From the IMG/VR virus record IMGVR_UViG_3300037141_000314, positions 3,456-67,455 of that record: a stretch of 64,000 nucleotides of DNA. The stretch is one strand, 5' to 3'. Source of the stretch: a virus. Each line of letters begins with the position of its first letter. The first letter of the stretch is position 1. A program made the translations under genes and the position numbers. The notes beneath the pieces were generated by a model. The model saw only the letters and a program-made list of their open reading frames with translations, was not told where the DNA came from and made no database searches. Positions 18,092-27,825 of this stretch are shown here, in pieces.

Positions 18092-21000
18092 TTAACCGTT
18101 CGCAGCCCGCTGAACTTCCGTCGCGAGCGCGCCGTGCATGTTCTGCAAATTCTTCGCCGCCGCGTTTCCGACAGCGACGTGAGCTTTATCGATCGCTTCC
18201 GCGAAAGTTTGCGTGTCTATCGCCTGAATAGCACCGGCGGCGTAGTTGTGGTTTACGATGGTCGCGGCGGGCGCCGCGGTCGTCGGATTGAACTGGCTGG
18301 TCTGGCCGCCCGGCACGTTGTAATACGTCGGCGGCGGACCGAACAGCCCGTGCGTCTGTTCCCAGACGAAGCCCTGGCGTACGGTCGGCACCGCGGAGAA
18401 ATCGGACGTGCGGATATTTCCGCGCGCGTCGAAGTCCGTGAAGTTGCCGTTTGACGACTGCGTGACATTGAGAGCCTGCGGCGCGATGTACTGGTTGGCC
18501 GAGAGTTCCTGATTGATCTGATTGGCGCGCTGCGTGGGCCCGTTGCCGAACAGGCTGCCGATCAGCGGCAGAGCGACGGCCGCGATGGATCCGATGATGG
18601 GGATCGCGGACAGCAGCGGCGTGGCCGCGCCGAGCAGCTTCGCGACGTTTCCGACAACCGCGCCCGCGATGCCGGCAGCGCTGCCGGCCGCCGTCAGATC
18701 GCCGCGCGGGCCGCCCTGCGAGAGGCCCGAGATAATGCCCATCGTGCCCGCGCCGATCGTAGCCGCGAGGCCAACGCCGGATGCGATCTGCTGGCCCGTC
18801 GTCGGGGTATAGCCGGGAAGGGACACCGACATGCCGTCCAGTGGATTGGCGAGACCGCCGTAAGAGACCGGCAGCGGCGCGACCAGGCCGGGAGTCGGCG
18901 CCGTGGAAGTCGGTGCCGAGACGAAGCCGCCGCCGCCGGTTCCTTCTCCTCCCAGCAGATCGACCGTTACCCCCGGCGTGCCGCTGCCGCCGCCCAAGAT
19001 ATTACTGAGCGCGTCGCCACGCACCACGGAGCTAACGCCGCCGCCCGCGCCGCTGATCAGCTTCGCGATGCTCGCGAGCGCGGTGCCGGTCTCGACGACA
19101 GCGCCACCGCCGCCGCCCGAGGGCGAAAGCGCCTGCGCCCGCAGAGTCGAAAGCGTGGCGAGGATGCCGGTACCAAGGGGTGCGGCCCCGCTGATCTGGT
19201 CGATGATTCCGGGTGGCATGCCATACCCGGCGCCAGACGCAGTGTAAGGCGACAGCGCCGGCAAGGCCGCAACCGGCTGGGCAAGCGATCCCGCGAGGCT
19301 ATTGGGCGCCGGCGCCGAACCGACAGAACTGTCGGGCGAGTTGCCGGTGATGCCGGAATACAGTTGACCGATGGATTTTGTCAGCACGCCCGTCGCCTGC
19401 GTGTTGTCGTCGAGCGCCTGCGCGATCGCGAGCGCGGCCGGGCTCGGGGCGTTGGCCCCGGCGGGGAGCACACTGACAGGCGGGCCGCCGCCCTCCGCAA
19501 AAGCGAGGATGCCTGACGCCAGAAGCCGCTTCGTGTCGGCTGCGGTCAGGATCGTGCCCGGCGTGGTGGGCACGAACAATTCCGGGCCCTCCTCGCCCAC
19601 AAGCGATGGCACGCCGACAGGCGGACCGCCGCCCCGCGCGTACGCGAGGATGCCGGGCAGCTTCGCCGGTGCCGTGGCTGCTGCCGGCGAGGCGACGGGC
19701 GCCGAGCCTCCCGTCATCGCGCGAAAGATCTGCGCGAGCCAGTCCGCCGTCTTGCCCGTGTTGGCGGCAGTAGCGGCTTGTGTGGCGTCGGAGGCGCCAG
19801 GGACGGCCCTGTTCGCAGGGTCAAATATCGTGTCTTTCGTGAACGGCCGGAAGCTCGCCGGCACGGCGCCCGCGAGAGTCTCGCCCGCGGTTTTCAAAAT
19901 CGGCGCCGTCGCGTTCGCGAATAGCTTCGCGCCCTGGCCGAGCGCTTCTTTACGCAGCAGCAGCGTGAGCGCGTGGCCCGCGCCCAGCTGGCGGTTGATC
20001 AGAGCGTCGAAGATGCTCTCGGAATCGCGCTTGTACTTTTCGAGATCCTTTTCGCGGATCTCCGCGATCTTGAGCTCGATATCGATACGCTCATCGCCGA
20101 GTTCGCGTTCGTAGCCGCGCTGATTGGCGATTTCCTGCGCGCGCAGCTGCGCCAGCTGGGTATCAACTTCCTTTTCACTGCCCGGGTTCGCCTTGAGAAT
20201 GCCCTGCTGCTCGGCGCGCTCGGCCTCGATATCGCGCTGCTTTTCGTCGCGATCGATCTGCGCGATCTGGCGGCGCAGGTCTATCTGTTTGCGTAAAGTA
20301 TCGAGATCGTTGCCCTTGCCGTCCTGCGCTGCGATCAGCGCGGAGCGGCGCTGCAGCGAGGCTTTATTGTCCTCGATGTCGGCCTTGGTTGATGCTTCTG
20401 TAACGGTGCGCAGATTGCGCGCGTGGCTGGCCTCGTCCTCGAATCGTTTCTTGCCCAGTGCAATAAGTTCGAGCTCGCGCTGTTTCTGTGCATCGTAAAG
20501 AGCCAGCGCCGCGGCGCCGGTGGCTTTGATCTGCGCCTCAGTAATGCCGCGGTTGTCGGCTTCGAGTTGCTTCGTGTCGGGCTTAATGGCCTGCCGCTCG
20601 TCACGCTGCTGACGCAGTTCGACGACCTGACGCGCCGCGTCTTCGAATTGCTGCCGCTGCGACGCCAGCCGTTCCTGATACGCAGCTTCGATGCCCGCTT
20701 CGTCCTGTCCGGAGCTTTTACCGCGCGCCAGATCGATCTCTGCGCCGCCCGCACCCTGCGCCTTATCGAGCGCCTTTTGCTGGTCGATAACGGTACCGGC
20801 TACCGCGCGATCATTCTGCGCCCGGGAAATGGCGAGGCCCTGATTGTACTTGTCCTTCTCGATCGCCGTGTCCTGATCGATCTGCGCCAGGTTGGCTGGC
20901 GTCAGCTTCTCGTTAGGCTTTGCCCCGGGATGTTCCTTCCGGTAGAGTGCATCTTCCTCGCGCAGTTTAGCGATCAGCGCATCGTGCTTTGCATTGATCG

Positions 21001-22657
21001 CGTCGAGCCCGGTGAGCTCGCCTTCCTGCAGGCGTGCGCGTTCGCTACGAAGCGCGATCGCTTCTTCGTCTCCGCGGTTGGCTTCCTTCTTGCCATCCGC
21101 GACGGCCTTGATGGCCGCTTCGAGGCGCGTGACTTCGGCGGTTTGTTTGTTGTACTCCGCGGTTTCGGTGGCGCGCGTCTTTTTGTCGATGCTATCGCCG
21201 CGCAGATCGGGGCGCAGTTTATCTGCGGCGGCTTTGGCCGTCTTAAGCTGCTCGTCGAGTGATTCTTTAGTTTTATCGTCGCTCGCGCGGAAGGCAGCGC
21301 CGCTGGTTTTCAGGGCGTCCTCACCTAACTTCCGCATCTGGTCGAGAGAGCCCTGAATATCTCTGTCGATCAGCGGCTTGACGTTGCGCGCAATACCCTG
21401 CGCTCTGGCCGCGACATTTCCGGGCTCATTGCTATTGCCGTTGAGCAGCCCCTGCATGTCCGCGTCGTCGCGGGCTTCATGGCCATCGGGAATAAGCTTG
21501 GCCAGAACCCGTATTGTGATCGGAGCGATTTCCGTCGCCAGACTTTTTTTGAATAGCGTCCAGCTTTCGTCCAGTTTTTTAACGGCGCGATCCGCGTCCA
21601 GTAATTCCTTAGAGCCGGCGGCATCCTCGCCAACATGAAGCGATGCGGCGATGCGCTGCAGCTCCGCGTAATCGGCGATGAGCGGCTGGATTGCCTTCCC
21701 GCCGCGGCCGAGTACTTCGTTCGCGAGCGCGAATCGTGTCGCCTGATCTGGAATACGTGAAAGCTTATCCAGCAATTCAAGAACAATTGGTCCGGTCTCT
21801 TTAAATTCGCCCTGCAGGCCGACCGTCTCGATGCCCAGCTTATGAAGCGCATCGGACGCCTTTTTACCTGTAGTCGCGGGATTTTCGAGCGCCTCGCCTA
21901 AAAGCCGTCCCGATTGCTCCAGCGCGTTAATACTGATGCCGGTAAGTCGCGCTTGCGATTGGAGCTTTTCGGCCTGTAAGAGCGTAACGCCGATTCGATC
22001 CGCGAAGTTGGAGGTCTCACGCTCAGCGGCAGCGAACTCGGCGACGAGATCGTAGCTCATCTTAGCGGCGGCCACGCCGATTGCCAGGATGCCAACAGTG
22101 GCGAGGCCGGCCGGCGTTACAATTCCTCCCAGACCTCCGGACAGCGCCCCGGCGCCACGCGTCAGGCTTGCGAGTTGCCCTGTGACGATTCCCGACCCAC
22201 TCGCCAGCTGCAGCAGCCCGGACGCGCCGCGATTCGCTGCCGCTTCGCCGTCTTTCGCTGCCTTCGCCGCCTTCGCTGCCGCGTCCGCCTGTTCTTTCAG
22301 CGCATCGGTGATCTTTTTGACATCGCGCGCGTGGTTCTCGTTGTACGCGAGTTCCATCATGCGGCCGAGCTTCTGCGTCTCGTCTGCCGCCTTCGATGCT
22401 TCTTTCCCGAGGTTCTGTGCTTCCTTCGCTATCTTTGCGACGCCTTCGAAGCCGCCGCTCGTTGTAGACGCGATGCTTTTCAGCGCCTGCGCGAGCGAAT
22501 CGCCAGCGGCGATGCTGCCGCGCAGCGCGAACTCGAAAACCTTCAGCTCGCCGGCCGAGGCCTTGGTGTTCGTCGCGAGGCGCTGAATCAGCCCGTCGAC
22601 CGAAGCGAGGGCTTCGGCGCCGGTTTGTTTCAAATCGAATCTGAGCTCGTAAGCCAT
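18092..22657 (-). CDS. tape measure protein
   Basis: 1521 aa, Ala/Gly-rich and helical; YARGG..VG...LVGEEGPELFVP motif; follows the tail chaperones. Confidence 0.9.
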   Translation of the reverse strand: MAYELRFDLKQTGAEALASVDGLIQRLATNTKASAGELKVFEFALRGSIAAGDSLAQALKSIASTTSGGFEGVAKIAKEAQNLGKEASKAADETQKLGRMMELAYNENHARDVKKITDALKEQADAAAKAAKAAKDGEAAANRGASGLLQLASGSGIVTGQLASLTRGAGALSGGLGGIVTPAGLATVGILAIGVAAAKMSYDLVAEFAAAERETSNFADRIGVTLLQAEKLQSQARLTGISINALEQSGRLLGEALENPATTGKKASDALHKLGIETVGLQGEFKETGPIVLELLDKLSRIPDQATRFALANEVLGRGGKAIQPLIADYAELQRIAASLHVGEDAAGSKELLDADRAVKKLDESWTLFKKSLATEIAPITIRVLAKLIPDGHEARDDADMQGLLNGNSNEPGNVAARAQGIARNVKPLIDRDIQGSLDQMRKLGEDALKTSGAAFRASDDKTKESLDEQLKTAKAAADKLRPDLRGDSIDKKTRATETAEYNKQTAEVTRLEAAIKAVADGKKEANRGDEEAIALRSERARLQEGELTGLDAINAKHDALIAKLREEDALYRKEHPGAKPNEKLTPANLAQIDQDTAIEKDKYNQGLAISRAQNDRAVAGTVIDQQKALDKAQGAGGAEIDLARGKSSGQDEAGIEAAYQERLASQRQQFEDAARQVVELRQQRDERQAIKPDTKQLEADNRGITEAQIKATGAAALALYDAQKQRELELIALGKKRFEDEASHARNLRTVTEASTKADIEDNKASLQRRSALIAAQDGKGNDLDTLRKQIDLRRQIAQIDRDEKQRDIEAERAEQQGILKANPGSEKEVDTQLAQLRAQEIANQRGYERELGDERIDIELKIAEIREKDLEKYKRDSESIFDALINRQLGAGHALTLLLRKEALGQGAKLFANATAPILKTAGETLAGAVPASFRPFTKDTIFDPANRAVPGASDATQAATAANTGKTADWLAQIFRAMTGGSAPVASPAAATAPAKLPGILAYARGGGPPVGVPSLVGEEGPELFVPTTPGTILTAADTKRLLASGILAFAEGGGPPVSVLPAGANAPSPAALAIAQALDDNTQATGVLTKSIGQLYSGITGNSPDSSVGSAPAPNSLAGSLAQPVAALPALSPYTASGAGYGMPPGIIDQISGAAPLGTGILATLSTLRAQALSPSGGGGGAVVETGTALASIAKLISGAGGGVSSVVRGDALSNILGGGSGTPGVTVDLLGGEGTGGGGFVSAPTSTAPTPGLVAPLPVSYGGLANPLDGMSVSLPGYTPTTGQQIASGVGLAATIGAGTMGIISGLSQGGPRGDLTAAGSAAGIAGAVVGNVAKLLGAATPLLSAIPIIGSIAAVALPLIGSLFGNGPTQRANQINQELSANQYIAPQALNVTQSSNGNFTDFDARGNIRTSDFSAVPTVRQGFVWEQTHGLFGPPPTYYNVPGGQTSQFNPTTAAPAATIVNHNYAAGAIQAIDTQTFAEAIDKAHVAVGNAAAKNLQNMHGALATEVQRAANG

Positions 22658-23158
22658 CTAAGTTTGGGAGGTTTGAAATCTGTGGATTGCAAGACTTTGC
22701 GCGTTCTCGTCGCGCGCTTTGGCGCTCTTCAGCACGCCGATTGCGTCGTATAGCGCACCGGGCCAACTGGACGCGGTGCCGAGCGGCGACTCGCCCACTG
22801 CGTCCATCTGGGCGAAGATCTGCACTAATTCGGCCGCGCGCGGGTCGCGGAGTAAAACGCTCTTGGGACATTCGGCCGAGCGGATCTCATCAAGCTCCAC
22901 GCGCACCGTTTTCAAGCCCTTGCCCGTGTCGAGCTGGAGCGGGTAGCCAGCAGAAAACCACTCGCGCGGCGCGGCCCCGTAGCGATACCAGAAACTGATG
23001 CGCTTGAGAAACACGACCTTATCCGGCTCGACGTCCTCCGGATGCCGCGCTATACAGCGGCGGGCAAGATACTCTCGTCGCTCTTCACATCGGGCGCAGT
23101 CGAACTCGTCTCGATGCATTCCTCCTGCGCGCCGGAAGTGGAATGCGATGGTAAATTT
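22658..23158 (-). CDS. tail assembly chaperone, -1 frameshift extension (gpT-like)
   Basis: Reached by a -1 shift at A AAT TTA; reads FTIAFHFRRAGGMHRDEFDCARC... Confidence 0.75.
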   Translation of the reverse strand, partial: KFTIAFHFRRAGGMHRDEFDCARCEERREYLARRCIARHPEDVEPDKVVFLKRISFWYRYGAAPREWFSAGYPLQLDTGKGLKTVRVELDEIRSAECPKSVLLRDPRAAELVQIFAQMDAVGESPLGTASSWPGALYDAIGVLKSAKARDENAQSLAIHRFQTSQT

Positions 23159-23640
23159 CGCGCCGCCTCGGCCGGGAGGTAGCCGTTTCCGTTGATTGCC
23201 TTAACGACTTCGTCAAAGAGATCATCCGGCCCGTAGTCGTTAAGCAGATCAGCCGTCGCGGGCTTGCCTTCGTATGTGAGCGCTTCCGTGCCGCCAAACG
23301 ATTTCAGCGCCGCCCTCACGAACGCGGGGTGTATCTGCGAACGCACCAGCGCTTGCGCCTCGTCTATGACGGCCAGCCTCTCGCACCCGATCGCGACGGC
23401 TTCGGTGCTCATCTCAGTTTCGATCGGCGCGCCCGCCGCGTCTTTGGGGCACGGTATCAATGCGGCCTTCAGCTTGTCTTCCAGTATTTCGCGGCGAATC
23501 GCAAGCTCGCGCTGTCGCGCGCGCGCGGCGGAGACGGAAAGCTCTACCTCCGCGCGGCGCTTCGGGCCCATGCGGCGCAGGGTTACGATAACTCCCGGGA
23601 AGGCGGTCGATTCAAGTGTGTAAGTACTTTTGAAATCCAT
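23050..23640 (-). CDS. tail assembly chaperone (gpG-like)
   Basis: Between tail tube and tape measure; likely start MDFKSTY. Confidence 0.75.
   Translation of the reverse strand: MDFKSTYTLESTAFPGVIVTLRRMGPKRRAEVELSVSAARARQRELAIRREILEDKLKAALIPCPKDAAGAPIETEMSTEAVAIGCERLAVIDEAQALVRSQIHPAFVRAALKSFGGTEALTYEGKPATADLLNDYGPDDLFDEVVKAINGNGYLPAEAARNLPSHSTSGAQEECIETSSTAPDVKSDESILPAAV
23152..23158 (-). other. programmed -1 frameshift heptamer AAATTTA
   Basis: X XXY YYZ phase in the gpG frame; the -1 frame is the 22658-23119 ORF. Confidence 0.8.
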
Positions 23641-23773
23641 AAATGTGGTGGTACACTTTCGAAAGAAAAGCCGCAACGCGGAGAGATTCGCCTCCGCGCC
23701 CGGCCCTGTGAAAAAGGCCGGAGTGATTCGCCTCCGGCCTTTTGTTTTTGACGTTTTCTTATTTCGGCGAATG

Positions 23774-23860
23774 TCTCGCAAAGGCCGCCAAGGCAGACGC
23801 AAAACAAAACCCAGCCCATTTTTGGAGGCGTCTTTGCGCGGACTTTGCGTCTTTGCGAGA
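23774..23860. repeat. REP-like palindromic element (CGCAAAG/CTTTGCG units)
   Basis: TCTCGCAAAG ... CTTTGCGTCTTTGCGAGA; related copies at 31836 and 46446. Confidence 0.7.
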
Positions 23861-23883
23861 AACATCGTGCGCGCGATTCGCGC

Positions 23884-24942
23884 CTAGGTCAACACGACAT
23901 TTAATTCGTTCGTGAGAGCCGAGGTGGTCGCGCTCCCGGCCGATTCCCCGAACTTGATGTTCAGCGCGGCACCCGCTTCTTCCCACGACATATTGCCAAT
24001 CTGCACATTGGTCAGGTTGACCGTGACGATCGATCCCGCCACGTTGCCGAACTGGAACGCCAAAACCTGCGGCGCTTTCGTGAGTGACGCCGCCTTCAGT
24101 GAATTCAGAAGCGTCGAGTCGGAATCGATGCAGGTGATGCTCGAGATGCCGATCTCGCGCAGGCCGCCAACGAAGCCGATCACATACTGATCGTCGAGCG
24201 CATCGGCGATCGCCTCGACGCCCATCGCCATCGAGATTTCAACCGTGCCGCGGACCTCGGCCATGGGCGAGCCGCCGATCGAGAAACCCGCGCCCGAGCC
24301 GAAGCCGGGGATCACATTGCCGTTGGTGGATACCGTGGGCTCGGCCGGGAACGTGGTCAGGCCGCCGCCGAGCGGAGCATCCGGACCGCCCACATAGCTC
24401 GGAAAGTTGACGGAATCGGCCACACCCACCGAGGTGCCGGAGATCTCCATATCGAAGAAATTCCCGCCGCCCATGAACTTGACGCTCTGCGGAATCGCGC
24501 CGAGGACATAGCGGTTCGTCGGGCTCGAGGCGCCCGGCGTTTTGTTGTAGTCGTAGAAACCGAGGAACTTCAGCGTGTCGATGAGGTTATACGTCACGCT
24601 GGTCGAGGCGACGACGGTGCCGGTAGCGCCAAAGATGGATTCGAGGATCGTGTCGTCATCGGGACGCACACCAGCCGAGCCAGACGGGAAGAACGGCTTG
24701 TTCAGCGTCCACGAGCCGCCCTGGCGGCCGCGCAGGCCCTGCAGGCGCGAACGGTTGCCGGTTTTGTATGTCGGCGAGTTGACGGGGTTGGTGGAGGACG
24801 GTCCGAATGTATTGAAGCGGACGTTGCTCGTGCCGGTATTGGTCCAGACGCCGGAAGCATTCTGAATCGTGCGCGGGCCGGTGATGATCTGCGCGTATAG
24901 TGTTCTATCCCGCGAGGAAGATGGAGTAAATGTATAGGACAT
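23884..24942 (-). CDS. tail tube (major tail) protein
   Basis: 352 aa, beta-rich and Ser/Thr/Gly-rich; directly upstream of the chaperones. Confidence 0.75.
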   Translation of the reverse strand: MSYTFTPSSSRDRTLYAQIITGPRTIQNASGVWTNTGTSNVRFNTFGPSSTNPVNSPTYKTGNRSRLQGLRGRQGGSWTLNKPFFPSGSAGVRPDDDTILESIFGATGTVVASTSVTYNLIDTLKFLGFYDYNKTPGASSPTNRYVLGAIPQSVKFMGGGNFFDMEISGTSVGVADSVNFPSYVGGPDAPLGGGLTTFPAEPTVSTNGNVIPGFGSGAGFSIGGSPMAEVRGTVEISMAMGVEAIADALDDQYVIGFVGGLREIGISSITCIDSDSTLLNSLKAASLTKAPQVLAFQFGNVAGSIVTVNLTNVQIGNMSWEEAGAALNIKFGESAGSATTSALTNELNVVLT

Positions 24943-25014
24943 AGTGTGTTGTTTTCCTTTGTGGTTTTCGCGGGGAGCGCCTCGCGTCGTGAGTCAGCGT
25001 GCCAGAGTGAAGCT

Positions 25015-25326
25015 ATGGCAGTGTTCAGATTCCTGGGAACGACGGCGACCTACGCGGGCGTCGCGTATTCGATCTACGGGCAGCAGGTTGAGATGGAAGA
25101 GGCGAAAGCGAACGCGCTGATCGCGGCGTCCCCGCCCGCGCTATTGATCCCTGAAGCACTGTGGGAGAAATGGTTTCCAGTCGACGATCCCGAGACGGCG
25201 CCGCTGCTCGCCAAATGGTCTAACGCCGACCTTCACTACAAGGCGCCCGAGTTTTTCCGCGACAAGGCAAAAGGCGTGCGCACGGACTGGCACGACAACT
25301 GGCAAATACTGCTTAAGGCCGCTTAG
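25015..25326 (+). CDS. hypothetical protein, antisense within the tail module
   Basis: Starts MAVFRFLG; 103 aa; fills the gap between two minus-strand genes. Confidence 0.6.
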   Translation: MAVFRFLGTTATYAGVAYSIYGQQVEMEEAKANALIAASPPALLIPEALWEKWFPVDDPETAPLLAKWSNADLHYKAPEFFRDKAKGVRTDWHDNWQILLKAA

Positions 25327-25341
25327 CTCCCGGGGCTTCGA

Positions 25342-25875
25342 TCAACTGATATAGGCTTCGAACTGCGCGGTAAAGCGCACCGGCACGATCCAGTTCTCGC
25401 CGTCCAACACGCATTTCTGGCGCGCGGCGGAAATCTCCAGACCATACAGTTTGCCCGAGCCCGCGAAATTCGCCTGCAGGCTGAGGTTATTCATGGTCGC
25501 GATCACGGCGCCCTCGCCCGCGTCCGCATACGGCTCGAAATTGCTCACCGCTTCGCCGGGCACGCTGAGATACAGATCCAGAATGATCGAAACGTTTCCA
25601 GACCACGTGGCGTTAAAAAGCTTCTGCGTTCCGCCCGCCTTGAACGGCGCAGCCGTCCCGCCATACACGCAGAGCAGATTCGGCATCGCCGTGCCGGACA
25701 GCTCGGTATCGCTGTAACCCACGTTCGCCTGGAAGACGTTCAGAGATCCCGCCGCGAAATCGAACGCGACAATCGGCACGCTGAACGCGGCGCACGACGT
25801 CGCCAGATTCGTGTTGAGGCTCGCTGAAAGCTGCGCCATCACGGCGGCGCGGATCAGCGCAATCGGTGAGCTCAC
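25342..25875 (-). CDS. putative tail terminator / completion protein
   Basis: Size and position; IR.A.MA.L N-terminus and beta-strand C-terminus. Confidence 0.55.
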   Translation of the reverse strand: MSSPIALIRAAVMAQLSASLNTNLATSCAAFSVPIVAFDFAAGSLNVFQANVGYSDTELSGTAMPNLLCVYGGTAAPFKAGGTQKLFNATWSGNVSIILDLYLSVPGEAVSNFEPYADAGEGAVIATMNNLSLQANFAGSGKLYGLEISAARQKCVLDGENWIVPVRFTAQFEAYIS

Positions 25876-26438
25876 GCTGCGCGGCCTTGCATGCGCATTT
25901 CACTCCGCGTGCCCATGTCGTTTTCCATTTCGTGTCGATCCTCGTCGGTAGCGTCGAAAAAATGCCGGCGCGGCATCGCGAACGTTGCGGCGCCGTTTTT
26001 CTTCGCTTTGCCCTTGCCCTTGCCCGTACCCTGGCGGCTGCGGATGGTCGCGCCTTCGTTGTGGACCTCGGCCAGCAGCGCGGCGCGTTCGTCGTAGAAC
26101 CCGAGACTGCCGTTGAGCGCCTGCGTGTTCGAATCGCCGTCATCGGTCAGCGATCCGGAGGTGGCCACAATCGCCTGCAGCATGTTTGGCGCATTGCGCC
26201 CGCGCAGATCGACGCCGCTTCGGCCGTACGCTGACTTCTTCTTCGCATAGCCCGGCGAATACGCCGCAAACGATGCGCCGTCCGCGTCGACGCCGGCCGC
26301 GGTCCGCTTCAGGATGCGGGTGCGCTGCCGCTGCAGCGCATAGAGCAAATCGCCCTCGGTTGGCAGCGCCGCGGTTACGAGCGCGTGCGCGTGGGTAACG
26401 GGATCGGCGCCCGCGGTCGCGGTGAAGGTTACGGTCAT
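25872..26438 (-). CDS. virion morphogenesis / neck protein
   Basis: G.DADG..FAAYSPGYAKKK ... A..HNEG ... MPRRHFF motif. Confidence 0.7.
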   Translation of the reverse strand: MTVTFTATAGADPVTHAHALVTAALPTEGDLLYALQRQRTRILKRTAAGVDADGASFAAYSPGYAKKKSAYGRSGVDLRGRNAPNMLQAIVATSGSLTDDGDSNTQALNGSLGFYDERAALLAEVHNEGATIRSRQGTGKGKGKAKKNGAATFAMPRRHFFDATDEDRHEMENDMGTRSEMRMQGRAA

Positions 26439-26734
26439 TCTGGCTTTACGTCTTTCGTGCTTTCTGGCTTTCGTGCTTTCTTCACCCGCGGCTTGGGAAA
26501 GGCGCGCGCCAGCGTGGTGCGCTTTATTTCCACGATGTTGACCTTCGGGACGGTTAGCCACATCCGCACATTTGTTGCCGCGTCCTGACACTCCGTTCCG
26601 ATGACGATAGAATCCGGCGTCTCCTTAATCAGAAAGCCGATCTCGTGCAACTCCGCGAGGCCGCCAAGCTCAGTGATCGCGTGTTCGTTCATGCTGTGTA
26701 TTGCGTCGCGCCACTTGAGGTAGATTATTGTCAT
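26435..26734 (-). CDS. hypothetical phage protein
   Basis: IYLKWRDA...IGFLIKE...IP..NI pattern. Confidence 0.6.
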   Translation of the reverse strand: MTIIYLKWRDAIHSMNEHAITELGGLAELHEIGFLIKETPDSIVIGTECQDAATNVRMWLTVPKVNIVEIKRTTLARAFPKPRVKKARKPESTKDVKPE

Positions 26735-27003
26735 TTCCCGAACCACCAGAGCGAGACGTAAATGCCCGTTACCGTGCCCGCGACGCCGCCGAGCGTGTAA
26801 CCAATCCAAGGGATCAGCGTCGTATCGTCCATCTTCGCGATCTTGCGCAGCACGAAGAAACTCAGCGTACCGAGCGTCGTGTCCGTCAGGATCGCGGCGG
26901 CCACGTTGGCCTGCGCCACCGCGCGCCACGATAGCGTGCAAATCGACCAGCTTAGGAACTGCATCGCGGCGAGCTTGAGCGCGTTTTTCAGTGCAACGTT
27001 CAC
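26731..27003 (-). CDS. small multi-pass membrane protein
   Basis: Hydrophobic; Y.LGG..GT..G motif. Confidence 0.6.
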   Translation of the reverse strand: MNVALKNALKLAAMQFLSWSICTLSWRAVAQANVAAAILTDTTLGTLSFFVLRKIAKMDDTTLIPWIGYTLGGVAGTVTGIYVSLWWFGK

Positions 27004-27821
27004 AGGGCGACCATGAGCTGGTGTCTACAATTCCAACCGCCGCAAAATATAAAAACAGGGCCGGGCTGATTCGGCCCCGCGTTCATCGCATCGATCTCGG
27101 CGCGCGTATACGTCCTCTTGGCTTCCATCAGGCGCCTGCAGAAAGGACGATCCAGAGAATCGAGAGGCCCCTCATACTCGTACCGGATTGTCATCTCAGG
27201 CAGGTCCTTCTCGATTACTTTGAACGCCTGATCGGTGGCAGTCCTGAAAAATCCTACCTGGCCCGTGTCCGCCAGAGTCTTGGCCTGCGCCGTCGTTTTC
27301 CCGAGCGCCTTCGAAAGCGTAGCCGCGAGATCCGCGACCTTCAATCCCGCGAAGCCAAACATCGCCTGGCGCTTGGCGCCCGCGGCCACGGCCTGCGCCA
27401 CGCCTTCGAGCGAATCGACGGTCGAGGCCTGCTGTGCGGCCAGCGTCTTCTTTTCCTCGGCGCGAATCACGTCGCGTACATCTGGCAGCGGCGTTTTCAG
27501 GCTATCCGATATCTTGTCGAGGATCTGATCGAGATACGGCAACTGCCCGGCGAACTGCCCGGCGTACGCGCGGTTCAGCGCGCTGAACCCGGCGTCTTCC
27601 AGCTCCGACATGAACAGATCGTCAACGCTTCGCAGCACGCGGCGGTTCGAAGCCGTGGCCGCGATCGCGCCTGACTTATCGACCGTCAGGCGGCGCGAAA
27701 GCTCCGCAATCGTTCGCGCGGTTGCGGCGGCGACGAGCTCGTCGAGCCGCGCTTCGTAGGCGGAAACGGACGCCGTTACGTAGCGATCGTGCGCGATGAC
27801 GATCTCGTGAACGGTGGCCAC
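27000..27821 (-). CDS. minor capsid / MuF-like head morphogenesis protein
   Basis: C-terminal YEGPLD...RPFC...GGWNCRH. Confidence 0.75.
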   Translation of the reverse strand: MATVHEIVIAHDRYVTASVSAYEARLDELVAAATARTIAELSRRLTVDKSGAIAATASNRRVLRSVDDLFMSELEDAGFSALNRAYAGQFAGQLPYLDQILDKISDSLKTPLPDVRDVIRAEEKKTLAAQQASTVDSLEGVAQAVAAGAKRQAMFGFAGLKVADLAATLSKALGKTTAQAKTLADTGQVGFFRTATDQAFKVIEKDLPEMTIRYEYEGPLDSLDRPFCRRLMEAKRTYTRAEIDAMNAGPNQPGPVFIFCGGWNCRHQLMVAL

Positions 27822-27825
27822 GCTA

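Noticed and set aside
23641-23865. N-terminal extension of the tail chaperone (MFLAKTQS...)
   Set aside because: It is translation through the palindromic element and other hairpins; MDFKSTY at 23640 is the more plausible start.
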